64,000 nt of DNA from Octopus vulgaris (lineage: Eukaryota). The stretch spans positions 9,796,001-9,860,000 of the forward strand of contig OX597825.1 in the NCBI GenBank assembly GCA_951406725.2. The letters are read 5' to 3'. The notes under the pieces were generated by a model. That model searched no databases and had not been told where the DNA came from. It worked only from the letters and a program-made list of their open reading frames with translations. Shown piece after piece: positions 1 to 15,277 of the stretch. The position numbers were made by a program, and so were the translations under genes. Each line of letters opens with the position of its first letter. Position 1 is the first letter of the stretch.

Positions 1-644
1 TTAAACACCGTCAGAAAATATATCATCGAAGAATATTGATACAATAAACAGAAATAAAAAGCAAAATAAAACAGTACAGAAAAATACAGCAGCCATTATA
101 TCTGTATATATGGATGCATTAGCAGCGTCAGAAACATAAAAACTATTGGCTCTTGAAGTGTTAAATAAATACACTCACATACAGACGCATACACACACGC
201 GTATGTATGTGTGTGTATATATATATGTGTGTGTGCACACATATATGCATACAGATGTATATATGCACACAGACAGTAAAGTATGAAATTTCAAAAAATA
301 TTTGTTACATAATGTACATAGGTGCAGGAGTGTCTGTGTGGTAAGTAGCTTACTTACCAACCACATGGTTCTGGGTTCAGTCCCACTGCGTGGCACCTTG
401 GGCAAGTGACTTCAACTATAGCCTCGGGCCGACTAAAGCCTTGTGAGTGGATTTGGTAGAGGGAAACTGAAAGAAGCCTGTCATGTGTGTGTGAGTGTGT
501 GCACGTGAGTGTGCATGTATATGTTTGTGTGTCTGTGTTTGTCCACCCACCATACCTTGACAACCGATGCTGGCATGTTTACATCCCCATAACTTAGCGG
601 TTCAGCGAAAGAGACCAATAGAATAAGTACTAGGCCTACAAAGA

Positions 645-801
645 CCTGCAGTTGTCTTATCAGGAAGATAGCATCAGCGATGCTTCTCCCTTGCACAAAA
701 CCAAACTGCATCTGATCCAGGCTAACTCTCTTCCTAATTAGTTGAGCTATGATCCTCTCTGTAGCTATGATCCTCTCCAGCAGTTTTGATACCTCTGTAA
801 T
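645..801 (-). mobile_element. RTE-LINE reverse transcriptase fragment (degenerate)
   Basis: NYRGI..ERIIAQLIRKRVSLDQMQFGFVQGRSIADAIFLIRQLQ, matching RT domain 1-2 motifs. Confidence 0.85.
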
Positions 802-927
802 TATTTCTGTCTTTGTAATTTTTTTTTTTACCACTGTATGATTCCCTCGTGAACAACCTGATGAACTATACGGGTGACTAGGGCCATATCCTACTCCACC
901 AGATATTTTAAACATCTCAGCAGTGAA

Positions 928-1690
928 TCCTGAAGAGATTGCTACTGTTTTTGAGCCCCAGGAAACATTGCTTCCAGCTAGCTATACGATACAATATCCA
1001 TGTCCTTACATTTTTGGACAGAGAGTCAAGCACTCCCATCCAGTACAAAACAACATCTGTGTACTGGTTTCTGGGTTATTGCTCTTTATTATCAACACAG
1101 AGTATCTGCCTGGTGGTGTTGCTGAATTCACTGTTCAAAAATACATAGTTTTCAAAGTGACAGTCACTGATCTAATAAAATAGAAATACTATTATTTCTA
1201 AATCTCTCAAAGAGAAATACTCAGTAACAGTTCTTTAAAGTAAAGATATTGTGTCATATAGCCAGTTGGAAATGATGTTTCCTAGGGCTAAACAATAGTA
1301 GCAATCGTCCCTTCCAGGAGAGTCACATTATGTTAGCAAATAGCCTTTAGTTTAAAGAACTGTCACTGAATATGCCTCCTTGAGAGATTTAGAAATAATA
1401 ATGTTTCTACTTTATTAGATCAGTGACTGTGTGTCACTTTGAAAACTATATATTTTGGAACGGTGAATTAAGCAACACCACCAGGCAGCTACTCTGCATT
1501 GATAAAGGACAATAACCCAGAAACAAGTTCATAGATGCTGTTTTGTGCTGGATGTGGGTGCTGAGCTCCCTTTTCGAAGATATTGTGTCATATAGCCAGC
1601 TGGAAATGATGTTTCCTAGGGTTAAACAACAGTAAAAATCATCCCTTCCAGGACAGCCACATTATGTTGGCAAACAGCTTTTACTTTATG
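928..1690. repeat. 334-bp unit in tandem (1245 and 1579) plus an inverted copy (928-1244)
   Basis: GATATTGTGTCATATAGCCAG.. at 1245 and 1579; 928-1244 is complementary to 1346-1655. Confidence 0.85.
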
Positions 1691-2142
1691 TAATTATATT
1701 TTTCAATAAATGATTTCTTCTTCGATTGGCCCATGGCTATTTCTATAAAGAAGGAATTTTGTCAAAGGATTTGAACCTAGTAAATGACTGGTGCTGAAGA
1801 ATTAAAGCAGAGAGTCAACAGTTAAAATTTGAACTTCCTCTCTCTTCAATATACTTTGAAGAAGCATTTTACAAGATTGCTTGACCCGCTAGAAATAGCA
1901 GCCATATTTCCCTTCATCTTAAAAAAAAAGTGGGCACTTTGAATAATCCAGTACTAGATATATTATCTAGATAAAAATATAACACTGGTCACATGTGGAA
2001 TACCTATGGTCATAAATCTATTTGACCAGGACTGACCTGGGACTAAACGACAATTAATTTCAAAAATGATAAACATTTTAATTTGAAGGAGTCGTTTATA
2101 GTCCAAACAATCTAATACTGCCATACTCGCTTTTATTTTATT

Positions 2143-2540
2143 ACTAGCAGTATCGCCCGGTGTTTTGGGTTTGTTTCGACCCTTTAGAATTGGAATTTTT
2201 GAAAAGTAAAAATTTTGCATTATGTAGCTTGTTATTCTCTTTAAGTGAACATTTTTCTGGTTGAAATACACCGAAAAATGGCGATACAGCAGTCAAAAAA
2301 TCGTAAAAGATAGGGATTTTCATAGAAAAAAAGCACCTTTTTGATGTAAATAAATTTTGGTGTTAAGATGGTCCGATTTGAATTTTTGTCTTCTACGGAA
2401 TGAAGAGCAAGCCTTCTTCTATCATACTCTCAATTTTGGTCAACTTGTGTCGCAGGGTCTCGGAGGAGATAGTGTTAGTTGAAGGCTACCAAACCTGCCA
2501 CACACACAGACAACTTCAGCTTTATATATATATAGATATA
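2143..2540 (+). mobile_element. Non-autonomous Helitron/Helentron-like element (related start at ~4937)
   Basis: Starts ACTAGCAGTATCGCCCGG.. with a 5' hairpin-like segment and ends CACACACAGAC..CTTTATATATATAGAT; similar ACCAGCAGTATAACCCGGC at 4937. Confidence 0.45.
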
Positions 2541-3009
2541 GATTAATGTAGTGAGCTGGCAGAATCGATAGCACACCAGACAAAATTCTTAGCGACAACT
2601 CTTCCAGCTTGACATTCAGAGTTCAAATTCCACCAAGGTTGACTTGGCCTTTCATCTTTTCTGTGCCACTGAAATAACAGCTGAGCATTCGGGTGGATGT
2701 AATTAACTGGCCCCCTCCCACAAAGATCTTAGACCTTGTGTCTATAGAGGAAAGAATTATTTGTATAATGATAATATCAATGGATACATATGAAAGTCTT
2801 TTGTTATACAACTGCATGTTGGTCACGGAAATGTTCCATGATTCTGCTAAATGTTATCTGTTGACCAATTATATTGCTATGGTTGTACGTAATTGATTAT
2901 TACTTTGGTTACAGCTTCCCTATAACAATACAACAAAGATAACTGACTTTTAACAGATACAGTGAAAGACAGGTATCAATGATGCCAAAACAGTTAGACA
3001 TCATCTAGC

Positions 3010-3560
<551 letters not shown>

Positions 3561-5991
3561 CGCGTGCATGTATGCATGCATGTAATCAGGACAAATTAAT
3601 AGCAAATGGTGGTGGGAGGAGGTGACTGCTAACAGAAGTGGACAGGAGCCACAGAAATGCACAGCCTCAGATAAAAATCATTTACCAAAAAATGCAACTC
3701 AGGAATAAACGCTGAAGCTAGTCAAAACACATCTGAAGAAAAATGGAGGACACTCACTTTTTTCTTTTTTTAACGATGCTCCACCATCTCCACCACCACC
3801 TCCACCACCACCACCGCTACCTCCTCTATCATGGTAAGAGATGACTGTTACTAGAGGGAGTAATACTGAACTTCTTTGATAATTTCTCATTTCACCATTA
3901 TCATCACTCCACCACTGCCGCCGCCTATCGTCGCCAGCATCATAATTATTATCACCACAATCATTACCATCATCACCACCATCATCATCATCATCATCAT
4001 CATCATCACCTATGCACTTAACTAGGAAACCATTGACAACAACCATAACCAGAATGACTGACAACAATGCATTTTCTTCTAAACACGTTGCACTCTTTCA
4101 TTAATAGTTACTCTTTAATTCTGTCAGTCGTTTCTGCATTAACGGTAAAGAGAGAAGGAAGAACCACTTCGGCTTGCATCTCTGCCATTGTTTGGAATGA
4201 CTGTCTGAAGGCAGAGAGCGTTAATTTTAGAGTGTTGACAGTGCGTGTATTGATTTCTGATGGTTTCTCATTAACTAATATTTCAGTCAGTCATAGTGAC
4301 TCTACGTCGTCACCAAGGTATTAAGCACTCTTCCATTGGCACACAATCATCGGGAACCTCGCAATCTTGTAATCAAGAATCATTGTAATTTAGTTAATTA
4401 TAAAGAAGAGAATCAGAACAAGATAATGCAAATTTTGAAGATACATACCCCCATTCTCATTCTCTCTCTTTCTCACTCTCTCTCTCTCTCTCTCTTGATA
4501 TACATGTGTGAAAATGTGTGCTGTGTGGGTGGACAGATGGATATAATGCATTCGCAGAAAAACGGTTGAACTTATATATTTGTATATCATGCCATAACAT
4601 ATACTTTTCTACTTTAGGCACAAGGCCCGAAATTTTGGGGGAGGGGGCCAGTCGATTAGATCGACCATAGTACATAACTGGTACTTAATTTATCGACTCC
4701 AAAAGGATGAAAAGCAAAGTCGACCTGGGTGGAATTTGAACTCAGAACATACCGCTAAGCATCTTACCCCACATGCTAACATTTCTGCCAGCTCGCCACC
4801 TTCATGTCATAACATATACTATGAGAAATGTATAAGGACAAATGTATATGCTTAAACATAAGACTGAAATGCATAAGCATGCATATACAGTAATACCTCA
4901 GTTTACAAGATCCTGGGTTTACCAGTTTTATTTTATAACCAGCAGTATAACCCGGCTTTGCCCAGGATTAAGTTAGGATTATTAAGCTAATAAAGTTCTT
5001 TATTTCAAACCAAACTAAATAACATCCACGTCAAGTTTGGGCGAAATCCATTGAAATTGGTTTATATATATCTATATATATATATATGGGCAACACACAT
5101 ACATACACACACATATGTACGTACACCTATTGCATACATGTTTATTGTACGCATACATGTTTTTTGTATGCATACATATTCGTGTGGATGTGTGTTGCTT
5201 GAATATCAACAAAACACTTTTTTCCTTGATGGGGAAAAAAACAAAAAAAGTCTTAACAAAAACTTACTCGTCGCTAGAAGGGGACTTAACTCCTGTTTGC
5301 AAACAATGGTGATTTCTCAGACTTGAAAATTGTTAAAAGTTTTGGTTGAAAATTTATTTTTACTGCTATTTACTGGTGCCTCTGGTGAAAATAAGTTGAC
5401 GAAAATATAGCTAGGATCATGACGAATGTCCTCCTAAAATTGGAGCGACATGCATGCTAATTTGTGGACATGCATAAATTACATTCACGTACACACACAT
5501 AATTCTTGCATTTTATATATACAGATGACTATAAAAAGGTTAAACAGTCATTTTGTATGTGTGTGTGGCGACGTCACAACATGTTCCAACACTGGTTCTG
5601 ATGCATCTACACAGCGATGGAGTAAAATGAGTGGCACAAAATTTCATTGCTACTATGGTAAATATTATTGCTCTGTTTTACAAGTTTGCGCTTTACAAGC
5701 AATCCCCGGGAACAATTTAACTTGTATATCAAAGCATTATTGTACAAACACACACACAAACACACACACACAATCATCATGAGCAACTGCATCATATCAT
5801 GCCCACTTTTCTTTTTCTTTTTTTCCATGCTGGCATAAACTGGATGGGTTTTCTGAGGCAGTGTTTTATGATTGGACCTTTCCTCATGCTAACTGTGTCA
5901 TGCAAGGTAACTAAAACAGTCAACTTATATGAGACAGGGACACATTGGACCTACTATAAAGCCAAAATACACATAGTACACAAATATATAC

Positions 5992-6022
<31 letters not shown>

Positions 6023-6045
6023 GAGATGGATGGATGGATGGATAG

Positions 6046-6082
<37 letters not shown>

Positions 6083-7262
6083 CAGACAGACAAACTGACA
6101 GATAAGCAGATGAACACAGACAGACAGACTAAGATAGACAGAGACAGACAGACAGACAGATGATCACCAGCTAATAAGTTTTGGATACTAACATGCCTAG
6201 CGTTAATGTTGTATGCCTGTTAGCAGTCTAAATTTATTATAAACATACTAATTAACAAGGAGTTGTGATATATACTTGAAATATTAAAAAATAAATGGAA
6301 ACAAAAATATTTTCATAAATAGTGATATTTTAATTAAAGTGTCATGAACACCGACTTAGTCTTGGTTTATTTTTTCCAATAAGATGCTGCTTTGTTATTT
6401 CTTTGTTGCTCTGTTGTATTTTCCACGCATTCATAGAATGGGAATAATTCAAAATTTGGCTGCTGAGTTCTTTTACATTGTTCTAAATGTTAACTAAGTA
6501 GATTTCTCTTGTGTTTGGATCTCATATTTGTCATTGGTGAACCAGCCTCTATTTTCTAAGTGGCATGCCTGTTTGGCCAATGTAATTCTCACTACATTCA
6601 CAGCATGTTATAATAGAAATTAAACACTCAGATAAGCAGCCAATTTTTTTTTTTTTTTAATTTTGCCCTCTTTTGAAACAGATCTCTGAACCTTCACTTT
6701 TAATACAAATTCCACAATTTGATCTCCCCAAAGTTTTGAATATTTTGTTTTGGTATAATTTTGGCTAGGAGAGTTTCTTTAGTGGTTTTTACAGTTTTTT
6801 TTTTTTTTTTTTTTTTGCTATTAATTATCTTTTGGTTTTCTCAAATTCTCATTTTGGGATCACATTTTACTAATGATATATTTTGATGAATTCTATTAAA
6901 AACAAAACTTATAAGGTTGTATGGGGAAATATAGTGCTTCATAAATAGTGAATGTTGATTGCCTCTGCTGTTTTTCATTTAAGAGCTACAAAACACTATT
7001 AGAAATAATATTAACAATAAAATAAATACCATTCTATCATCATCATCATCATCATCAACAACAACATTCAGTGTCTGTCTTCCATGCTAGCATGGGTTGC
7101 ACAGCTTGATAGAAACTAGTAAGGCCAGGGGCCTCATCAGATTCCATAGTTTCTTTAGGCTTGGTTTCTTTGGCTGGATGCCCTTCCCAGTGCCAACCAC
7201 TCCACAGACTGTGCTGGGTGCTTTTTACATGGCACCAGCTTTTTACATGGCACCAATGCTTT

Positions 7263-7733
7263 TTAACGCTTTCATTGCTATATTTATTTTGAGATGTTCT
7301 GTGTTTCTTTCAATTATTTTAAATATAACAAAGAATTTAGTAAAATAAATTAGTTATCATTAAGCTGGTGTTAGGAACGTAAATTGTGACTAAGGTTTAG
7401 TGGAAGATTTTAACTCAAAACTTATGGAAACAAGACATTTGTATTACAGAACCAGAGCCGGTTTCAGCCGGGTTAGTATTGAAAGGGTTAAATTAATCAT
7501 TTGTTAACCCTTTTGTTACCATATTTCTGTTGAGATGCTCTGTGTTTCCTTCAATTAATTTTAAATATAACAAAGAATTTAGTAAAATAACTTGGTTACC
7601 ATTAAGCTAGTGTTAGGAACATAAATTGTGACTAAGGTTTGGTGGAAGATTTTAACTCAAAACTTATGAAAACTAGACATTTGTACTACTGAACCAGAGC
7701 CAGTTTCAACTGGGTTGGTATTGAAAGGGTTAA
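7263..7733. mobile_element. Two adjacent ~230-bp piggyBac-like MITEs (7263-7491 and 7504-7733)
   Basis: TTAA|CCCTTT ... AAAGGG|TTAA termini; same family at 61942-62171, 62270-62497 and inverted at ~45495-45715. Confidence 0.8.
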
Positions 7734-8309
7734 GTGAAACCTTGGTTTTAGATTAACAAAAGCATCTATTTGAAATGTTGTATTTTGAATATTATTTAGT
7801 ATTACTTTATTATGAAAACAAGAAAAGCAGAATAAGATGTTATGGTTGTTGTAGCTATTAAGCAGAGAGGGGGCCTTAATAAGAATAAGAACCAGCATCT
7901 CACTTGAACAAATCTCAAAGCTAAATTTATTTTAAAGAAAGCCTTATATTTATAGATCAAGTTAGTATTTGCAAAATGAATTTTAAAATAATGTTAACAA
8001 TAAAAGATAAATTTCTTATAAAACGAACATTATTCAAAACTAAAAGTAAAAATTCAATAAGTTTGTCTAGCTAGACTCCAATCAAAATAAATATTTAAGC
8101 CATCAATAAGTTATCTCGATCTCATGTCAGAAGTTTTATTAAAATATTCATACTACTCATTTATACATGATAAAATATCTCCATAATGAAAGACGATTTC
8201 CCAATTAAGTATCATTAAATTCATAATTTTGCCAACTAGGTAGAATAAGATTTTGTATCTATCTACCACTATCAAGTTTAGCTTTGATAATAATACTAAT
8301 ACTAATAAC

Positions 8310-8359
<50 letters not shown>

Positions 8360-10497
8360 TAATAATAATAATGAGGATAAAAATAATAATGATAATAATA
8401 AAATGAAATTAATCTAGAATAAACCTATTTATAGTGTACTTTCTTCTTGAGTGAAATTCTATGGTCACACAAATAGAACAGCCTTAGATTGAAGAATATG
8501 TTTCCAGCCAAATGACCATTTTTGGAAAATCTGGTCTCAGCTTATAATAATCTAAATAAAGAAGGATGGAAAGCAATAGGAGGGTGTTAGAATTAAGAGG
8601 GTAGAAGAATTTCTAAGAACATAAACCAAGATTTCACTTAAATGATCTTATCTTTTCCCTTTTATCTTCTAGTAGACTCAGTCATTTGACTGCAGCCATG
8701 CTGGAGCACCACATTAGGGAATTCTAAGCCTGGTATTTATTGTCAGTCTCTTATGCCAAACTACTAAGTTACAGGGACATAAACAAACTAACACCAGTTG
8801 CCAAGTGGTGGTGGGGAGGGAACAAACAGACACACAGACACATACATACACACATATATACAACGGGTTCTTTCAGTTTCCGTCTACCAAATCCACTCAC
8901 AAGGCTTTGGTTGGCCCAAGGCTACAGTAGAAGACATGTGCTACACAGTGGGACTGAACCCAGAACCATGTAGTTGGAAAGTAAGCTTCTTACCACACAG
9001 CCATGTCTGTGCATAAATGGTTGAATTTTTTAATAAAACCATTTAGTTCTAAATTTATCATTTCTGAAATACAGTATATGTAATTTAGGTAGTATTTAAT
9101 TAAAATAGCCATCTATATAACATACTCAATGTATACACATTGTCAACAGACCACATACAGCAATACTTGTCCTGAAATAACATCTCTTATGAACTTGCTG
9201 CGTTAAAAACACAAATAACAGATAAAGTTACCCCAGCAGGGGCCAGCTAGAGGACCAGAAGTATTTTGACCTTTTGGGGGCTTTTCACAACATCGGTGAA
9301 TGTCTAATCCATAGAAAGTAGCCAGTTACACTCTGTAAAGTGGGTGGCAATTGGAAGGGTGCCCAGCTGTTAGAAACCATGCAGAAACAGACAATGGGGC
9401 TTTGAGCTGTGGTGGCCTGTCAAACTGTTAAACCCATGTCAGCAAGGAAAACAGATGTTAAATGATGATGATCATCATCACCATCAGCAGTGGTAGCGGT
9501 AGCAGCAGCAGCCGTTCAAGAATTTGGACCTGGAGATCTCCATTTCCAGCGACTTCGAGGGCCACCTCCCAGTGGAGTCAGGCATCAACGAAGAGCCCTC
9601 GACTACAACAAGACGACCAAAGATTTTTTTTTTTCCAAGGTCTGGGGTCTCCCGCCCCTAAGCCCTAGACCATCACCTAATCACCCTTACCCTTCTTGTT
9701 GCTTAACAACAACAACAACAACAACAACAGCCGAGGTAGCAGCAGCGGTAGCAGCAGAAGCGGTAGCAACAGCAGTAGTGGTAGCAGCAGCAGCGGTAGC
9801 AGCAGTAACAACAAGAAATTCTTATCAGAGCATGTGGCTGGCTGCAGGTAAACATCACTGAAAAGGCACAGAAAGGACAAAACACATCTGGTGTTCTCAC
9901 CACCACCACCACCACCTGCTGCTGCTGCTGCTGGAATACCTTTTCAGCTCTAATATTTATTGTGATTTTAACACAGTAAGTCTATAAGAGATATTCATTT
10001 CAGGACAAATACAACAGTGACTGGCCTATCAGTGGTGTACATTAATTATGTTACGTAGACAGTTGTTTATGAAAAGTATTTGAAAATATTTTAAAACATA
10101 AAATTTTAATATAAGGAACATTACTCAAAACCACCGAATAAATATCCAATAAGTTTGTTTATTAAAACACTGGTCAGAATATTTAAACAATCAGTATCTT
10201 GTCTGTCTATTTTATATAAGAAGTTGAATTTAAGCGTTGATATTACTTGTTTAAAACACACTAAAAAAAAATAATAATAATAATTCTAAAAGGAGACATA
10301 CCAATTCTATATCACGAAACTTAAAATTTTAAATTTTAACATAGAATAATTTTTCGCACATCTCCATCACCATCAAAACCAACTATGGAAAAAAAAACAA
10401 AAAAACTGGTGTGATTATATATTATATATATTATATATAATACATTCATTCACACTGTATCTTTCTTAAGTATACATTCATGCACACAAATATGCAT

Positions 10498-10853
<356 letters not shown>

Positions 10854-10875
10854 GTATATATATATATGTGTGTGT

Positions 10876-11178
10876 GGAGGTGCAATGGCCCAGTGGTTAG
10901 GGCACCGGACTCGCGGTTGTAGGATCGCGGTTTCAATCCCCAGACTGAGCATTGTGAGTGTTTATTGAGTGAAAACACCTAAAGCTCCACGAGATTCTGG
11001 CAGGGAGGGGTGGCGATCCCTGCTGTACTCTTTTGCCACAACTTTCTCTCTCTCTGTCTTCTGTTGGCCTGCTCGCTTAGCCAGCGGGGTGGCATCACTT
11101 GAAGGCTAAAAACAATGCAAAGCGCATTGTGACCAGCGATGTGTAGCAACATCTGATAGCCTGGTCGGTCACAGTGAT
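10876..11178 (+). mobile_element. tRNA-derived SINE family D
   Basis: Head GGAGGTGCAATGGCCCAGTGGTTAGGGC..GGTTTCAATCCC (A/B-box-like) followed by a ~230-bp body; inserted in (TA)n. Confidence 0.7.
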
Positions 11179-11180
11179 TT

Positions 11181-11221
<41 letters not shown>

Positions 11222-12140
11222 TATATACTACACCCTTATACACACAGATCTACATATATATATATCTATATATTAAAACGCATGCATATATCTCCACATA
11301 TATATGCTCATAAGTGATTGCCACAATCTCCCATAAATTCAAGTCAGCCTGACATTTACATATATAATTGTCTTAGTCTATAAATTCACACACAATAAAC
11401 AATACATATTCTTTAGCATGGACATAGATTTATCAAATATTTATACGAAGGTGTCAGCAAGTTTGCAGTTCATCTTTTATTTTATAAATATTTTCCATAC
11501 ATTTCAATAAGTTTACAATTACAAGGTTTATCTTTGTTTTTTTTTTGATTTTTTTTCTTTCTAGAAAACAAATTCAACCATTAGATCATTAAAGTGAGAT
11601 GTAAATTCATATTCTTAATAAAATTGCCACCTTCTTAATAAGCACAACAACATCTTTCTTTCTTTCGTTGTATCAATTATAAATCGATACAAAATAATAT
11701 TCCAAATGTGTTCATTTTGACAGATAATGTTTTATTCAAAATTGTTTTTGTTTTTCTATTGTTATAAGAACTTTCTCACAAGGACGAGCTACAGTGTAAT
11801 AAATTGGTAAGTCTTCTTTCAGTATTGGTAAGTCATTTTAGTGTGTTTTAAAACTAAAACAATGAATATTTAAATTAAACTACTTCCAAAAACTAAAGGT
11901 TTAAATATCTATCTAAACCAATATGGAAGGAGACAGACTTAATTCATACAGAGTTGTTTTTATAACGCCCCCTTCTAACAGATACACAGGAGCAGGCAGG
12001 GCTGTGAGGTAAGAAGCTTGCTTCCCAACCACATGGTTCTGGGTTCAGTCCCATTGCAGGGCACCTTGGATAAGTGTCTTCTGCTATAGCCTCGGGAGTA
12101 GATTTGATAGATGGAAACTGTAAGAAGACCATCATATATC

Positions 12141-12190
<50 letters not shown>

Positions 12191-12706
12191 TGTTATCATA
12201 TAGCATCTGCTTTCTATGCTGGCATGAGTTGGACAGTTTGACTGGAACTGGTAAAGCCAGAGGGCTGCACCAGACACCACTCTGATCTGGCAGTGTTTCT
12301 ACAGCTGGATGCCCTTCTTAACACCACCCACTCCAAGAGAGTAGTGGGTGCTTTATACACGCCACATGTGTGTGTATGTGTCTTTGTCCCCCACCACAGC
12401 TTGATAACCAGTGTTTGTGTGTTTGTGTGTTTATGTCCCCAGAACTTAGTAAATCGGCAAAAGAAACTGATAGAATAAGCAGCAAGCTTAAAAAGAGAAA
12501 AGGCATAGATTTGCTTATGTCACTGCAACTTAATTCATACAAAGGGGCTTTTGTAATGTCCCCTTCTAACAGATACACAGGAGCAGGCATAGCTGTGTGG
12601 TAAGAAGCTTGCTTCCCAACCACATGGTTCTGGGTTAAGTCCCACAGCATGGCACTTTGGGAAAGTGTCTTCTGCTATAGCCCCAGGCCAACCAAAGCCT
12701 TGGAAA

Positions 12707-12776
<70 letters not shown>

Positions 12777-13616
12777 TCAGGGAATAATATTCCAAACTTA
12801 CAGGGAAAAATTCAATTTAGAAATACTAAATCAAATTTCACAAAATATGATATATATGTATATATATGGGTTATTTGTTGTTATTTTTTATTATTTCAGT
12901 GGAAACATATTTTGAATATTTTATTAAGTTTTCAGGTGTTGACATTAAGAGTTCTTTCTCTCTCTATATATATATATAAATATATATACATATATATTTC
13001 TTTAGGTATAATTAGTTTGAATTTATATTGGGTTATTATTGTGGTTGCTTTTGAAGTTTGTAAGACTCACAGCATGAAAAAAGAGAAGCACCTGAGGTCG
13101 ATTCATTCGACTAAAAATTCTTCAAAGCAGTGCCCCATGGTCGCAGTCTAATGACAGAAACAAGTACAAGATAGATATTTAAAAGTATTTTCAAACACAC
13201 TTTGTAAATAATAACTACGTTGATTAAATAAAGCGTTTTTAAAACAGATCTAATTAGATCCTTTAAGTGAAGTGTTTTGATTTTTATTCTTACTCACACC
13301 ACTACTCATTCTTAATAACTACCACACACTCAGCTACCATGTTTCCCTTTTGGCCTTGTTTCTCTTATAAATTGATACAAAATAATATTTTAAATCTGAT
13401 TATTCTAACAAATAATGTTTTTCTTCTGTCCGGATTCCTCAGAAACCATATTTTTATACGTGCCGTTCTGTTATTTTCTTTCAAAAAGCCAAAAAATAAA
13501 AAATGATTTGTATAAATACGATGAAAACTGATTATCTAAATAGCTTGACCTCAACACTGGAAGGAGGGAAGGAAGGAATGAATGAATGAATGAATGAATG
13601 CATGCATATATATCTG

Positions 13617-13725
<109 letters not shown>

Positions 13726-13999
13726 TCATCATCATCATCATCGTTTAATGTCCGTTTTCCATGCTAGCACGGATTGGACGGTTCGACCGTGGTCTGGGAA
13801 GCCAGGAGGCTGCACCAGGCTCCAGTCTGATCTGGCAGAGTTTCTACAGCAGGATGCCCTTCCTAATGCCAACCACTCTGAGTGTAGTGGGTGCTTTTTA
13901 CACATACACATACATACATATATATATATATTTATATACATATATACATACATATATACATACATATATATATATATATACATATATATACATATATAC

Positions 14000-14101
<102 letters not shown>

Positions 14102-14699
14102 TCTTTCTCTTTTACTCTTTTACTTGTTTCAGTCATTTGACTGCGGCCATGATGGAGCACCGCCTTTAATCGAGCAATTGATCCCGGGACTTATTCTTTT
14201 GTAAGCCCAGTACTTATTCTATCGGTCTCTTTTGCCGATGACATGATGACATGCATGTTTATATAGCATCATTATTTTAACATCCACTTTTCCATGGAAT
14301 TTATCGAAGCAGAGTTTCTACAGTTGGATGTCCTTCCTGTTACCAATCTTTACCTTGTTTCCAAGCAAGGTAATATTTCACCATGGCCAGGTATGTTTTA
14401 ACAGAATATTGGAAATGAATGATATTCGTGAACAATAATATGTAGAAGGGCACTTGTTCAAAGTACCATGCAGCGGGATTTGAACCCAAAACGATATGAC
14501 TGGAAAGCAAACCTGTTAACCCCATACACAATATATATATATAGGAGATTGTCTGTGTGTGTGTGGTGTCCAATTTTCCCTCCCACCCTCTCATTTTTAT
14601 TTAACAACCATTTGTTCATCCACTGCTGCCACCCTTTAGACTTTCTATGTTTCACTTCTCCTCCCATTCTACTTTCACTTTCATTTACATTCTCTCACC

Positions 14700-15064
14700 T
14701 TCTCTCTCTTTCTTTCTTTCTTTCTTTCTCCCTTTCTCTCTCTCTCACTCTTTCTCTCTCTTTCTCTCTCTCTCTTTCTCTCTCTCACTCTCTCTCTCTC
14801 TTTTTCCCTCTTCTCTCTCTCTCTTTCTCTCTCTTTCTCCCTCTCTCTCTCTTTCTCTCTGTCACTCCTTCTCTCTCTCTTTCTCTCTCTCAATCTTTCT
14901 CTCTCTTTCTCCCTCTCTCTCACTCTTTCTCTCTCTTTCTCCCTGTCACTCCTTCTCTCTCTTTCTCTCTCTTTCTCTCTCTCTTTCTCTCTCCCTCACT
15001 CTTTCTCTCTCTCTTTCTCTCTCTATCTTTCTCTCTCTCCCTTTCTCTCTCCCTTTCTCTCTCC

Positions 15065-15095
<31 letters not shown>

Positions 15096-15211
15096 TCAAT
15101 CTTTCTCTCTCTTTCTCCCTCTCTCTCACTCTTTCTCTCTCTTTCTCCCTGTCACTCCTTCTCTCTCTTTCTCTATCTTTCTCTCTCTCTCTTTCTCTCT
15201 CCCTCACTCTT

Positions 15212-15273
<62 letters not shown>
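14700..15273. repeat. Complex (CT)n polypyrimidine tract (similar tract at 56357-56799)
   Basis: Direct inspection. Confidence 0.97.

Positions 15274-15277
<4 letters not shown>

Noticed and set aside
10876-10950. tRNA gene candidates (also the SINE heads at 25545, 37354, 41300-41378 and 52490)
   Set aside because: A/B boxes are present, but there is no complete cloverleaf and they continue into repeat bodies; these are SINE heads.
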